From an uncultured Planctomycetaceae bacterium (GTDB lineage: Bacteria > Planctomycetota > Planctomycetia > Pirellulales > PALSA-1355), in assembly GCA_963785305.1 (NCBI GenBank), contig CAWAUV010000007.1, positions 224,001 to 288,000 of the forward strand: a DNA stretch of 64,000 nt. The letters run 5' to 3'. The notes beneath the pieces are model-generated. The model saw only the letters and a program-made list of their open reading frames with translations, made no database searches and was not told the origin of the DNA. Position numbers and translations under genes: made by a program. The stretch's first letter is position 1. Every line of letters begins with the position of its first letter. Positions 43,128-53,901 of the stretch are shown piece after piece.

Positions 43128-44057
43128 ATGTTTCATACCGTGCTCGTTCCACTCGACGGGTCAGCCTTCGCCGAACAGGCGTTGCCATGGGCCGTGAGCA
43201 TTGCTGGCCGAGCAAACGCAAAGCTTGATCTGGTGCGCGCTCATCTGCTTTATGCTCTTGATGTTCCCGCCTATGACTGGGCGCCCTATGACCCGGCGGT
43301 GGACGCTGATTTTCGGATCCGAGAACAACGTTATCTGGAGCACATCGCCCAGCATGTCAGGGACGAAGCGATCAAGGTGGACTATGCCGTGGGCGATGGC
43401 ACGGCCGCGGCCGCGATTCTCGCGCAAGCGCGCGAGATGGCGGCGAATTTGATCGTAATGGCGACGCATGGAAACGGCCCGCTAAGCCGCGCGTTTCTCG
43501 GCAGCGTGGCCGACAAATTGTTGCGGCGCAGTCCCGTTCCGATCCTGCTGGTTCGGCCCGAGGAGGCATTGCCGAATCTTCACGACCCGCCATCGCTCGG
43601 CAGAGTGGTCATTCCGCTCGACGGCTCGTCGATATCGGAAAGAATTCTCGGGCCAGCGGCGCAGCTTTGTTTAGCGATGAGAGCGCCTTGCACGCTCTTT
43701 CATGTCGTTGCTCCCGACCTTCGACCGGCGGCGAAAAGCACCTCCGACCGGAACGGTGGCCTGAATCGGTCTTGCCAAGAACATCAGGCCGAGGATTCGC
43801 TTGCCTATTTGGACAAAATCGCCGAGCGGCTTCGGGCCCGGTCGCTCGATGTCCAAACGCGAGTCGTCATCAGCGCCCACGCGGCGGCGGCGATTCATGC
43901 GGAGGCAAGCGCCGAGCCCAATAGCGCAATCGCGCTGGCAACGCACGGTCGCGGCGGATTCAAGAGGCTCCTTCTGGGAAGCGTCGCCGACAAGGTGGTG
44001 CGCGGCGCGTCGTGCCCGGTTCTCGTGTGCCGGGAATCCACGGAACGGGAGCGCTAG
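43128..44057 (+). CDS. Tandem universal stress protein
   Basis: Two repeats of V(I)PLDGS ... ATHG.G ... LGSVADK. Confidence 0.93.
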   Translation: MFHTVLVPLDGSAFAEQALPWAVSIAGRANAKLDLVRAHLLYALDVPAYDWAPYDPAVDADFRIREQRYLEHIAQHVRDEAIKVDYAVGDGTAAAAILAQAREMAANLIVMATHGNGPLSRAFLGSVADKLLRRSPVPILLVRPEEALPNLHDPPSLGRVVIPLDGSSISERILGPAAQLCLAMRAPCTLFHVVAPDLRPAAKSTSDRNGGLNRSCQEHQAEDSLAYLDKIAERLRARSLDVQTRVVISAHAAAAIHAEASAEPNSAIALATHGRGGFKRLLLGSVADKVVRGASCPVLVCRESTERER

Positions 44058-44202
44058 CCGTTCTCTCGCCGGCGCGTCGGAATATCTCGCGGTTCAAACC
44101 GGAACCAGCCGCCACGCGCGAGGTCGGCGCCGAATCGTTGAAAGAGGACGATGCGAGAGGATTTGTTTGCGAACGCTCCGCGGAAGGATGTCGCGCCGCG
44201 CT

Positions 44203-45871
44203 TCAAGGCAAAAGTTGGATGCGTTTGATCGCCGTCACCAGCCGGTCGATTTCGCCGGTGGTATTGTAGAACGAGAGCGATGGCCGAACCGTCGTTTCGA
44301 CTCCGAATCGTCGCAGCGATGGCTGCGAACAGTGATGACCGGAGCGAACGGCGATTCCCTCTTGATCGAGCATGCGGCCAATGTCCTCGGTCCGCCGGTT
44401 AGGCAACACGAACGAGAGCACGCCGACCTTTTCTCGCGCGGTTCCAATCAGCCGCAGACCGTTGATTTTGACCAGTTGCTCGGTGGCGTAGTCGAGTAGT
44501 TCGTGCTCATGGGCCGCGATGTTCGGCAGTCCCAAGCGGTTCACATAATCCAGCGCGGCGCCGAGGCCCACGGCGTCGGCGATGTTCGGCGTGCCGGCTT
44601 CGAATTTGGCCGGCGACGTCGCTGAAGGTCGTTTCCTCGAAAGTCACGTTGCGAATCATATTGCCGCCGCCTTGCCACGGCGGCATGATGTCGTGCAGTT
44701 CTTCCTTGATGTACACGGCGCCGATGCCGGTGGGGCCAAAAATCTTGTGTCCGGAGAAGACAAAGAAATCGCAGCCGAGCTCTCGCACATCGACCGGAAT
44801 GTGCGCCACCGACTGAGCTCCGTCGATAAGCACCCGAGCCCCATATCGCTTGGCCATCTGGGTCATCTCGGCCACGGGCAAGATGGTTCCGAGGCTGTTC
44901 GAAGCCTGTGTCAAGGCAACGACTTTCGTGCGCGGGCCGAGAAGTTTTTGATACTCCTCGAGCATGATTTCGCCACGGTCGTTCACGGGAATGACACGCA
45001 AAACGGCCTGCTTCTCCTTGGCGACCATTTGCCAAGGAACGATGTTGGCATGATGTTCCAAGATCGAAAGCACCACTTCATCGCCCGGCTGCAGAAATTT
45101 TCGACCGTAGGTCTGAGTGATGAGGTTGATGCCTTCGGTGGTTCCGCGCACAAAGACGATTTCTTTCACCGACGACGCGCTAGGAAGGTTCGCACCTTCT
45201 CACGAGCCTTTTCATAGGCGTCGGTCGCGCGCGCCGCGAGCGTGTGCGCGGCGCGGTGGATGTTCGAGTTGTCTTGCTCGTAGAAGCGAGAAATCTCGTC
45301 GATGACACATTGCGGCTTTTGCGTGGTCGCGGCGTTGTCGAGCCAAGCCAGCGGCTTGCCATGCACGCGCTGTCGCAAAATCGGAAAGTCCTTCCGAATC
45401 GCCGGCACATCGAGCGGGCGCGAGCCCATTCCCGCCGGAGCGTATCCGTCGGAAAAAGGCTGCCGCGAAAGAGTGGCCGCCGGCAGTCCGACCCGCGGCG
45501 CCGAGCTCGTATACCGCAATTGACGAATACCCGCGACAAATCCCTTCAAACCATCGAACGAAGACGCCGCCGGCGAAGGAGCGCCGGCGTCACTGGGGGC
45601 CGAGGAAAAACTGGGAAATGCCGGGGCCGTCGCGAGCGATGCGGGAAGGTGGGGAGTCGCGGCGGGCGGGCTGGGTGGCGCCGGTTCGCCGCGCGGAGGC
45701 GCCGGACGCGCCACGCCCGCCGATACGGGCATGCTTTCCAGATTCGAGGGCGCCTGGGGCAAGGCGGGCTCCATCGCCGGCGCAGTCGGTTGGCATGGCT
45801 TCGGCATGCCGCGTCTCGTTGTAGAGTCGCGACGCGATTCGCGCGATCAGATCGGGGGTGACTTCTTCCAA
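44203..45871 (-). CDS. Encapsulin-associated SufS-like cysteine desulfurase with a Pro/Ala-rich N-terminal extension (frameshifts)
   Basis: TTG start with GGAG RBS; PDLIARIASRLYNE; about 150 low-complexity residues; LDNAATTQKP, SGHKIFGPTG, RSGHHCSQP. Confidence 0.9.
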
Positions 45872-45907
45872 GACTGCTTCTCCAGCTTAGCGGTCGAATC
45901 CAGGCTG

Positions 45908-47347
45908 TTACTTCGCTTTGGCTTGCCGATGTTCGTAGTCGTGATAGTAGCCGACTTCGACATTTTCGAGCACTCCGAGCGCGTCGTCGGTGAGCACGGC
46001 GCAGGAGAAGTAGAGCGTGAGCAGATACGAGGCGACGCCCAGGCTATCGAGGCCCATCAGCCGGGCCGACAGGCTGGGACTGATTTCGCCCGGGATTCCC
46101 GCTTGATGCAAGCCGACCACGCCCTGGTCGGCGTCGCCCACGCGCAGCAGCAGAATGCTCGTCGTGCCGAACCACTGGTTCGATTGATAGCGGCTCTTCA
46201 TCTCCAGCTTGTCGCAGGGAACCAGCGGAATGCCCCGCCAGGTAATCACCGGAACGCCGAACAGATTCATGGTCACCGGCGGCACGCCTCGCCAAGTGCA
46301 TTCACGCTCGAAAGCCGCGATCGCCTTGGGATGCGCCAGGAAGAACGCCGGCTTCTTCCACACCAGCGCCAAGAGCTCGTCCAGATCGTCCGGAGTCGGA
46401 GCGCCATAGCGGGTGCTGATCCGCATCGCCGGGTCGACCGAATGGATCAACCCGAATTTCTTGCTGTTGATCAGTTCCCATTCCTGACGTTCCTTGATCC
46501 CCTCGATCGTCAGCCGCATCTGTTCTTCAAGCTGGTCGAAGGGACCGTTGTACAGGTCCGACACCCGCGTATGCACCCGCACCACCGTTTGCACGGCCGA
46601 AAGCGAGTATTCACGCGGGTTGGCCGAATAGTCCACGAACGTCTCGGGAATCTCGACGTTCTCGGCAAAGCCCGAAACCAGATCGATATTCCGCTCCCCG
46701 TAGCGATTCACCGTCGAACGCAGTTCCAGATGCTCGTCGATCGCCTTCTTGAATTCCCCGCTCAAGTCGGGCACTTCGCCCAGCACCGAATCCAGGTCCT
46801 TGCGCGACAATGTCAGCAGCACGCAAGGGGTGATCGTGCGCACCGTGATGTCCGAGGGCTTCTCCGAAACCAGGTCGGTTTCGCCGAAAAACTCTCCTTC
46901 GGTCAGGAGCGCGATCCGCAGGTCGCTGCCATGCACGCCCTTGCTCAACACTTCGACTTGCCCTTGGGCAATGATGAAGAACTTGCTGCGATCCTCCCCC
47001 TCCACGATCAGCTTGTTCCGCAGCGATACCTCTTCCGTCTTGAAGCTGCTCGCCATTCGGCCGATGATCGCCTCCGGAAGCTTCGAGAACAAAGGCACGC
47101 TCCGCAGCGCCTCGGCCGGCAGCGAATACGCCCCGTCCTGAAGATCGACGCCGATCCGCTCCGCCTTGCTTAGTTCGACCTTGGTGCGGTTGACACGATA
47201 CGTGCCCCCCTCGACCTGCACCCACGGCAGAAGGCTCAAGAGCCAACGCGGGGTGATCGACATCATCTTCGGCGAGGTCTTCGTCGTGTTCGCCAGATTC
47301 CGCGCCACCGACGTCGTTACGCTACGCTGCAATAAATTGTCTGACAA
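45908..47347 (-). CDS. Family 2B encapsulin shell with cNMP-binding insertion (copy A)
   Basis: ARNLANTTKT, ITPRWLL.LLPW..V.GGTYRVNR, CBD (GEFFGE), PREYSLS, RVHTRVSDLYN, GAPTPDDLDEL, LTDDALGVLENVEV. Confidence 0.92.
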   Translation of the reverse strand: MSDNLLQRSVTTSVARNLANTTKTSPKMMSITPRWLLSLLPWVQVEGGTYRVNRTKVELSKAERIGVDLQDGAYSLPAEALRSVPLFSKLPEAIIGRMASSFKTEEVSLRNKLIVEGEDRSKFFIIAQGQVEVLSKGVHGSDLRIALLTEGEFFGETDLVSEKPSDITVRTITPCVLLTLSRKDLDSVLGEVPDLSGEFKKAIDEHLELRSTVNRYGERNIDLVSGFAENVEIPETFVDYSANPREYSLSAVQTVVRVHTRVSDLYNGPFDQLEEQMRLTIEGIKERQEWELINSKKFGLIHSVDPAMRISTRYGAPTPDDLDELLALVWKKPAFFLAHPKAIAAFERECTWRGVPPVTMNLFGVPVITWRGIPLVPCDKLEMKSRYQSNQWFGTTSILLLRVGDADQGVVGLHQAGIPGEISPSLSARLMGLDSLGVASYLLTLYFSCAVLTDDALGVLENVEVGYYHDYEHRQAKAK

Positions 47348-47392
47348 AGCAGTGCTCCTTGCGGCATTGGTGATCGCAATAGTTCGCCGAAG

Positions 47393-48851
47393 TTAGATTC
47401 CCAGTCCGTCCTGAAACCCAAGAATTTCGCGGTTGTTGTAGTCGTGATAGTAGCCGACTTCGACATTTTCGAGCACTCCGAGCGCGTCGTCGGTGAGCAC
47501 GGCGCAGGAGAAGTAGAGCGTGAGCAGATACGAGGCGACGCCCAGGCTATCGAGGCCCATCAGCCGGGCCGACAGGCTGGGACTGATTTCGCCCGGGATT
47601 CCCGCTTGATGCAAGCCGACCACGCCCTGGTCGGCGTCGCCCACGCGCAGCAGCAGAATGCTCGTCGTGCCGAACCACTGGTTCGATTGATAGCGGCTCT
47701 TCATCTCCAGCTTGTCGCAGGGAACCAGCGGAATGCCCCGCCAGGTAATCACCGGAACGCCGAACAGATTCATGGTCACCGGCGGCACGCCTCGCCAAGT
47801 GCATTCACGCTCGAAAGCCGCGATCGCCTTGGGATGCGCCAGGAAGAACGCCGGCTTCTTCCACACCAGCGCCAAGAGCTCGTCCAGATCGTCCGGAGTC
47901 GGAGCGCCATAGCGGGTGCTGATCCGCATCGCCGGGTCGACCGAATGGATCAACCCGAATTTCTTGCTGTTGATCAGTTCCCATTCCTGACGTTCCTTGA
48001 TCCCCTCGATCGTCAGCCGCATCTGTTCTTCAAGCTGGTCGAAGGGACCGTTGTACAGGTCCGACACCCGCGTATGCACCCGCACCACCGTTTGCACGGC
48101 CGAAAGCGAGTATTCACGCGGGTTGGCCGAATAGTCCACGAACGTCTCGGGAATCTCGACGTTCTCGGCAAAGCCCGAAACCAGATCGATATTCCGCTCC
48201 CCGTAGCGATTCACCGTCGAACGCAGTTCCAGATGCTCGTCGATCGCCTTCTTGAATTCCCCGCTCAAGTCGGGCACTTCGCCCAGCACCGAATCCAGGT
48301 CCTTGCGCGACAATGTCAGCAGCACGCAAGGGGTGATCGTGCGCACCGTGATGTCCGAGGGCTTCTCCGAAACCAGGTCGGTTTCGCCGAAAAACTCTCC
48401 TTCGGTCAGGAGCGCGATCCGCAGGTCGCTGCCATGCACGCCCTTGCTCAACACTTCGACTTGCCCTTGGGCAATGATGAAGAACTTGCTGCGATCCTCC
48501 CCCTCCACGATCAGCTTGTTCCGCAGCGATACCTCTTCCGTCTTGAAGCTGCTCGCCATTCGGCCGATGATCGCCTCCGGAAGCTTCGAGAACAAAGGCA
48601 CGCTCCGCAGCGCCTCGGCCGGCAGCGAATACGCCCCGTCCTGAAGATCGACGCCGATCCGCTCCGCCTTGCTTAGTTCGACCTTGGTGCGGTTGACACG
48701 ATACGTGCCCCCCTCGACCTGCACCCACGGCAGAAGGCTCAAGAGCCAACGCGGGGTGATCGACATCATCTTCGGCGAGGTCTTCGTCGTGTTCGCCAGA
48801 TTCCTGCGCCACCGACGTCGTTACGCTACGCTGCAATAAATTGTCTGACAT
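47393..48851 (-). CDS. Family 2B encapsulin shell (copy B; 1-nt frameshift near 48805)
   Basis: Same sequence as copy A except the ATG start and C-terminal tail. Confidence 0.9.
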
Positions 48852-49017
48852 GGGCATCCAAGAATTTGACGGCAAAAAACGGGTTGCGAATGATGGCCAC
48901 GGCGGAAAATCAAGCGCGCGGCGAGGGCGCCAAGCGACGAAAATCAGCGTATGGTTTGCCGAAAACCAAAGAGCGATTTGCTCGAAAGAAGCGGCGACCG
49001 GACGTTGAAATTTGTTC

Positions 49018-49065
49018 GAAGGCCCACGCTACACGTAGAGCGCCTCCGGTATGTCCGGTCAGCGT
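49018..49065 (-). promoter_or_regulatory. Structured leader motif upstream of the encapsulin genes
   Basis: ACGCTGACCGGACATACCGGAGGC then an AGGC..GCCT-closed hairpin; near-identical motif at 51522-51544. Confidence 0.6.
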
Positions 49066-49148
49066 TGGATTTGCTTATGCAAGCCTAATCGGCCGCAAAG
49101 CCTGCCTAGCTTAGCAGATCTGCCACGATTGTGAAAGTAGGGGGCAGG

Positions 49149-49292
49149 ACGGTATTCAGGTCGTGGCGGTGGCGCCGTGATTACCGGGCGAGAGAGCTAT
49201 TTTTCGACTTTCCCCTTCGGAGCTTCCGGATCGTTGGCGCCGCTCCCGACGACGCATGGGTGATTGGCATCCGCAAGCCAGCGGAATACCGT
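49149..49292 (-). ncRNA. Candidate 144-nt structured ncRNA
   Basis: 9-bp closing stem ACGGTATTC/GAATACCGT with nested stems; intergenic if the upstream gene ends at 49298. Strand is inferred. Confidence 0.45.
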
Positions 49293-49297
49293 TGACT

Positions 49298-51265
49298 TCA
49301 TTCGCCGGCGGAGAAAGCTGATGTCCCCACCGCGGCAACCGGCGACGGGACAAGATGGGCTAGCGCGCAGCTCAGCGACCGCGGCCGCTTGATTGCGAAG
49401 TTCGGGCACGGCGGTGCTTTCCCAGATGCCCGGCTTGCGCAATGTCCCGACCACGAACAGGTCGGGCATCACGTCGCCATTGACGCGAATTGCGTTGCCC
49501 TCGGCGGTCGTGTCCAGCCCGAGTCCAAGTTCGTCCGGCCGCACGAAATTATGCAGCAGCAGCGACCCGATGGCCGGATTCGACTCCGCGCTATTCGACG
49601 CCGCTGGCCCGGTGCAGTTGAGCACCCAGCCGGCATGGATCTCGCGCAACCGCTCATCGCCCCGTTCGCGCACATAGAGGCGAACGACATCGTCTACCGC
49701 GTGCGCGGAGGCGATGTTGCCCGCCACGACTCGCACCAGCCCTTGCTCTCGTCACGCGCGAAATCGTTCGGACACCTCGACCGCCATGCGGTGCCGATGG
49801 ACTTCCCAAAATGGTCGCAGCCGGGCAAGGAACTTTTGTCGTTCCAATCGCGACATCGATTGCCAGAGCAATGCCGTGTGTGGCCGCAAGCCGTCCACGA
49901 TGCTCCGCCAATTCCCGCCCGCGGCGGCGACTTCCGCCGTCTTTCTTCGCAATTCACGGAAGAATTTCTCAATGCGAAGACCGCCGGGCGCGGCCAAGGA
50001 TTCCATCACCAGCGCTCGCAGATCGGCGGGCGCGACCGGCGTGGACAGATGAGCCCGCGGAACCAGACCCCGACGTGAGATAAGCGTGATCGGCGCTCGG
50101 CGAGCTTCCTGCGTAAGCGACACGACGGCGTCGACGGCAGTCAGGCCACTGCCAAGGATGACGACCGGTTCGTCGGGACGGATCGCGTTCGTGGCAAAAG
50201 CGCCAGGGGTCGGCGATATAGCGATGCCTCGGCCCGCTCCAGAGTCGACCAATCGGATCGGGCGGCAGGCGATGGCCGATCGCCAAAATGACCGCGTCGG
50301 CGGAATGGGATGCGCCGCGGGCCAAATTCACAACCCATCCACCATTCGGGCGACGGGCGATGCGGCGCGCTTCGTCGAACACGACGGAAAGCCGCGATGA
50401 TCCATCGGTTTCGCGCGCGACGGCCAGCAACGATTCACGCACATATTCCCCGTACCATTGCCGCGGCAGAAAATCGTTGGGATCGGCCATGGCATAGCGG
50501 CGCGACACCCACTCGACAAAGTCATTCGGGCGGTCGGGCCACGCGCTCATCCGGCCCGCCGGAACATTCAGCAAGTGCACCTGCTCGCGCGTGCCATACG
50601 CCACCCCTTCGCCAACGGCGCCTTGCCGTTCGAGGATCACCACCTGAAGGCCGGAACCCAGCGCGTGGCCGCGACGCAGCAACTGCGAGGCCGTCATCGA
50701 ACCGCTGAAACCGCCACCGACAATGACGACCGTGGGGGAGCTGTTCGCCGGAGAGGAAACCTCCACGGCCGGGTGTTTCGGGCGCAGAACAAAACGGCGA
50801 AATTCCCCCAGCGGCGGCGTGTACACGTGAACCGTGACCAGCGTCTCTCCGAGGTCCGAAGCATTGCGAACCGTATGCACGCCGGCGTCCTGCCAAGCGG
50901 TTAATTCGCCTGGGCGAACGGCTGTTTCGTATTGTAGGTCGACATAACCATCGTCGGCGACCCGCCAAGACCCCTCGGCCGCTTCGGCTTGAAGCACGAG
51001 CATCGCCGAAACGGAGCCGGCATGATCGTGCGGAGCGACTTCCTTGGCCCGGCAGCCAGGTCAGCACGAGCAATTCGTAGTTTTCCCGGCGCACGATGGT
51101 GGCTCGGTGGTAAGTGCGCGTCGTCTCGCGGACATAGGGCGCCACATCGGCCATCGTCAGCTTCGAGGCCGCCAAGGCGGCGGCGATCTTGGTTAGCGCG
51201 AGGTCGGATCGCAATTCGTCGAGCCGCCGCGCTAATTCGGCGATGGGTCCGCTCATTACATCCAT
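49298..51265 (-). CDS. Cysteine dioxygenase-like cupin fused to an FAD/NAD(P)-binding domain (frameshifts)
   Basis: AGGAGG RBS; YELLVLTWLPGQGS..PHDHAGS..GVHTVRN..HVYTPPL, then in the same frame IVGGGFSG, GEGVAY, LLNVPAGRMSA; later LGSGLTAVD, FWEVHRHRM, NCTGP, WESTAVPELR. Confidence 0.8.
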
Positions 51266-51521
51266 GATGGGTATCCTCCTCGTATTCAATCCTTCGGGAA
51301 GAAGAGCCGCCGGCGACATGGCCCGCGGAGTCGTTGGAATCCGCGGGCGCCGCCGGTTCAAGCTAAGCCTTCGGCGGCGATTTTCCAAGCGACGTGTTCG
51401 ACAATTGCGTGGTTTCTCCCGACGAAGTCCAGCTTCGCAATTTTCAGCGAGTCGCCGCGTTATATAAACTCGCCAGCTTGAATGGCGCCAACGTTTTTGC
51501 TAAGAATTCATCTAACGCATT

Positions 51522-51577
51522 ACGCTGACCGGCCAACCGGAGGCTAGCGGATCCATTCAGGACCGCTAGCCTTTTTT
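51522..51577 (+). promoter_or_regulatory. Structured leader motif with an intrinsic terminator upstream of cysK
   Basis: ACGCTGACCGGCCAACCGGAGGC overlapping stem AGGCTAGCGG/CCGCTAGCCT plus a T run, about 50 nt before the ATG. Confidence 0.7.
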
Positions 51578-51625
51578 CGTGAATCGGCGCCAACGACACT
51601 CTCTTCCGCGGAAAGGGCCTGACTC

Positions 51626-52603
51626 ATGCCGCACTGGTTCCAGGACAACTCGCTCTCCATTGGTCATACTCCCCTGGTTCGACTCAACCGCGTGACCGAT
51701 GGGGCGGCGGCGATCGTGCTGGCGAAGATCGAGGGTCGAAATCCCGCTTCCTCCGTCAAGTGCCGTATCGGCGCGGCAATGATCTGGGACGCCGAGCGTC
51801 GCGAATTGCTAGGACCGGGCAAGGAACTCGTCGAACCGACAAGCGGAAACACCGGCATCGCGCTCGCGTTCGTGGCCGCGGCGCGCAATATCCCCTTGAC
51901 GCTCACGATGCCGGAAACGATGAGTGTCGAACGCCGCAAGCTCCTGCTGGCCCACGGCGCCAAGCTGGTGCTCACCGAAGGCCGACGCGGAATGAGCGGC
52001 GCCATTGCGAGCGCCGAGGAAATCGTCGCGTCGAACCCGCGAAAATACGTGCTGCTGCAGCAGTTCAAGAACCCGGCGAACCCCGCTATTCACGAGCAAA
52101 CCACGGGCCCGGAAATCTGGGACGACACGGAGGGCGCGATCGATATTCTCGTTTCGGGCGTCGGCACCGGCGGCACCATCACCGGCGTGTCGCGGTACAT
52201 CAAGGGCGCCAAGGGCAAGGCGATTATCTCGGTGGCTGTCGAGCCAGCCGCGAGCCCGGTCCTCACTCAGCATCGCGCGGGAGAGCCGCTGCAACCCGGC
52301 CCGCACAAAATCCAGGGAATTGGCGCGGGCTTTGTCCCAGCGGTGCTGGACCTTTCGTTGGTGGATGCGATCGAGCAAGTGACGAACGAGGAGGCGATTA
52401 GCTACGCGCGTCGCTTGACGCTGGAAGAGGGAATTCTGGCGGGTATTTCATGCGGCGCCGCGACCGCCGTCGCCGCGCGCTTCGCCAAACGCCCCGAGAA
52501 CGCGGGCAAGACGATCGTGGTGATTCTCCCCGACTCGGGGGAAAGGTATTTAAGTTCGACCCTTTTCGATGGCGTGTTCGACGCCGAAGGACGCGCCCGA
52601 TGA
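51626..52603 (+). CDS. cysK: Cysteine synthase A
   Basis: [45 protein letters not shown]. Confidence 0.97.
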   Translation: MPHWFQDNSLSIGHTPLVRLNRVTDGAAAIVLAKIEGRNPASSVKCRIGAAMIWDAERRELLGPGKELVEPTSGNTGIALAFVAAARNIPLTLTMPETMSVERRKLLLAHGAKLVLTEGRRGMSGAIASAEEIVASNPRKYVLLQQFKNPANPAIHEQTTGPEIWDDTEGAIDILVSGVGTGGTITGVSRYIKGAKGKAIISVAVEPAASPVLTQHRAGEPLQPGPHKIQGIGAGFVPAVLDLSLVDAIEQVTNEEAISYARRLTLEEGILAGISCGAATAVAARFAKRPENAGKTIVVILPDSGERYLSSTLFDGVFDAEGRAR

Positions 52604-53555
52604 CCACCAGCAAGCCAGAATGCCCACTCCACCCCGCCAAGCGAGATGGACTGGAATATCGAGGCAATCGTCGCCGAATTGCGGAGGCTGCGAGAGGCGT
52701 CGTTGGCGGCGCGGCGGCGTCTGGGCAAACCGGCCAAGCTACCATCGCGCAAAATGCTCGCCGGAATCGTCGAAGGTCTCAGCGCCGCGCTCTTTCCAAA
52801 TCGCTTGGGCGCTCGCGCGCTTGCCAACGAAAGCCTCGACTACTTCGTGGGACATTCGCTCGACGAGTCGCTGCGCGAGCTGGCGGAACAGGTGGCGCGG
52901 CGAACTGCAGTTCAATTCGGAACAAGGAACCGCCAGCGACGAGCAGCGTGAGAAGGCCGTGGCCATCGTGCGAGAGTTTGCCTCTTGCCTCCCTCGGATT
53001 CGTATCATGCTCGATGGCGACATCGAAGCCGCCTTCGAAGGCGACCCGGCGGCTCGAAGCATCGACGAGGTATTGGCTTGTTATCCAGGAGTCACCGCGA
53101 TCGCCCATTACCGCATGGCGCATGCGCTCTTTGGCTTGGGGGCGCCATTGGTCGCGCGGATCATCACGGAGATCGCCCACTCGACGACCGGAATCGACAT
53201 TCACCCGGGAGCGCGGATCGGACGCGGTTTCTTCATCGATCATGGGACCGGCGTCGTCATTGGTGAAACCGCGATCATCGGCGATCGGGTGCGTTTGTAT
53301 CACGGGGTGACCCTCGGGGCCCGACATTTTCCGGTGGACGATGACGGCGTTTTGATCAAAGGCAACGCTCGCCATCCGATTGTCGAAGACGATGTGGTGA
53401 TTTATGCCGGCGCCACGATCCTAGGCCGAATCACGATCGGCCGCGGATCGGTGATTGGCGGCAATGTTTGGCTGACGCGGAGTCTTCCTCCGGACAGCAA
53501 CGTGTCGCAAGCGAAAGTGCGCAGCGAGGTTTTTGACAGTGGGGCCGGGATCTAG
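52600..53555 (+). CDS. cysE: Serine O-acetyltransferase, EpsC-type (frameshifted)
   Basis: GDPAARS, YPG..A...[35 protein letters not shown] overlap with cysK. Confidence 0.92.
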
Positions 53556-53575
53556 CGACGCGAGCATCGAGTGGG

Positions 53576-53656
53576 CTAAAAGCCTATCCGACAACTCCGC
53601 CCTCTCCCCGTTGGGGAGAGGGCGGAGTTGTCGCGGAAGTTCTCGGATAGGCTCTA
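53576..53656. repeat. Palindromic MITE/REP (family B)
   Basis: AGCCTATCCGA..TCGGATAGGCT ends; internal ACAACTCCGCCCTCTCCCC/GGGGAGAGGGCGGAGTTGT hairpin. Confidence 0.8.
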
Positions 53657-53901
53657 GCGAGGCTGCGCCTCAGACCAACTGCCGGATGCCAATAGTGAAC
53701 GGACTACGGTACGAAACTTGACTCAATTGCGCCGACATCCGCTTGGTGTAAGTAACCTAAGGCGGAAGTCTTGAAAACGAATTCCGCCCTCGCACAGCGA
53801 GCGTAATGTGTTGAGTGGCGAATGATTATCGAAAAGAAGCGCGCCGAACCAAATCCCGTGCTCGATTCAAAGCCCTGGTTGCAAATACCCCGCTGCCCGC
53901 T

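Noticed and set aside
51478..51528. Cys-rich leader peptide or sigma-54 promoter explaining the cysK leader
   Set aside because: The short ORFs ending at the conserved CGC-TGA have no Cys codons in either leader, and the TGGC..TTGC spacing is wrong for a -24/-12 promoter.
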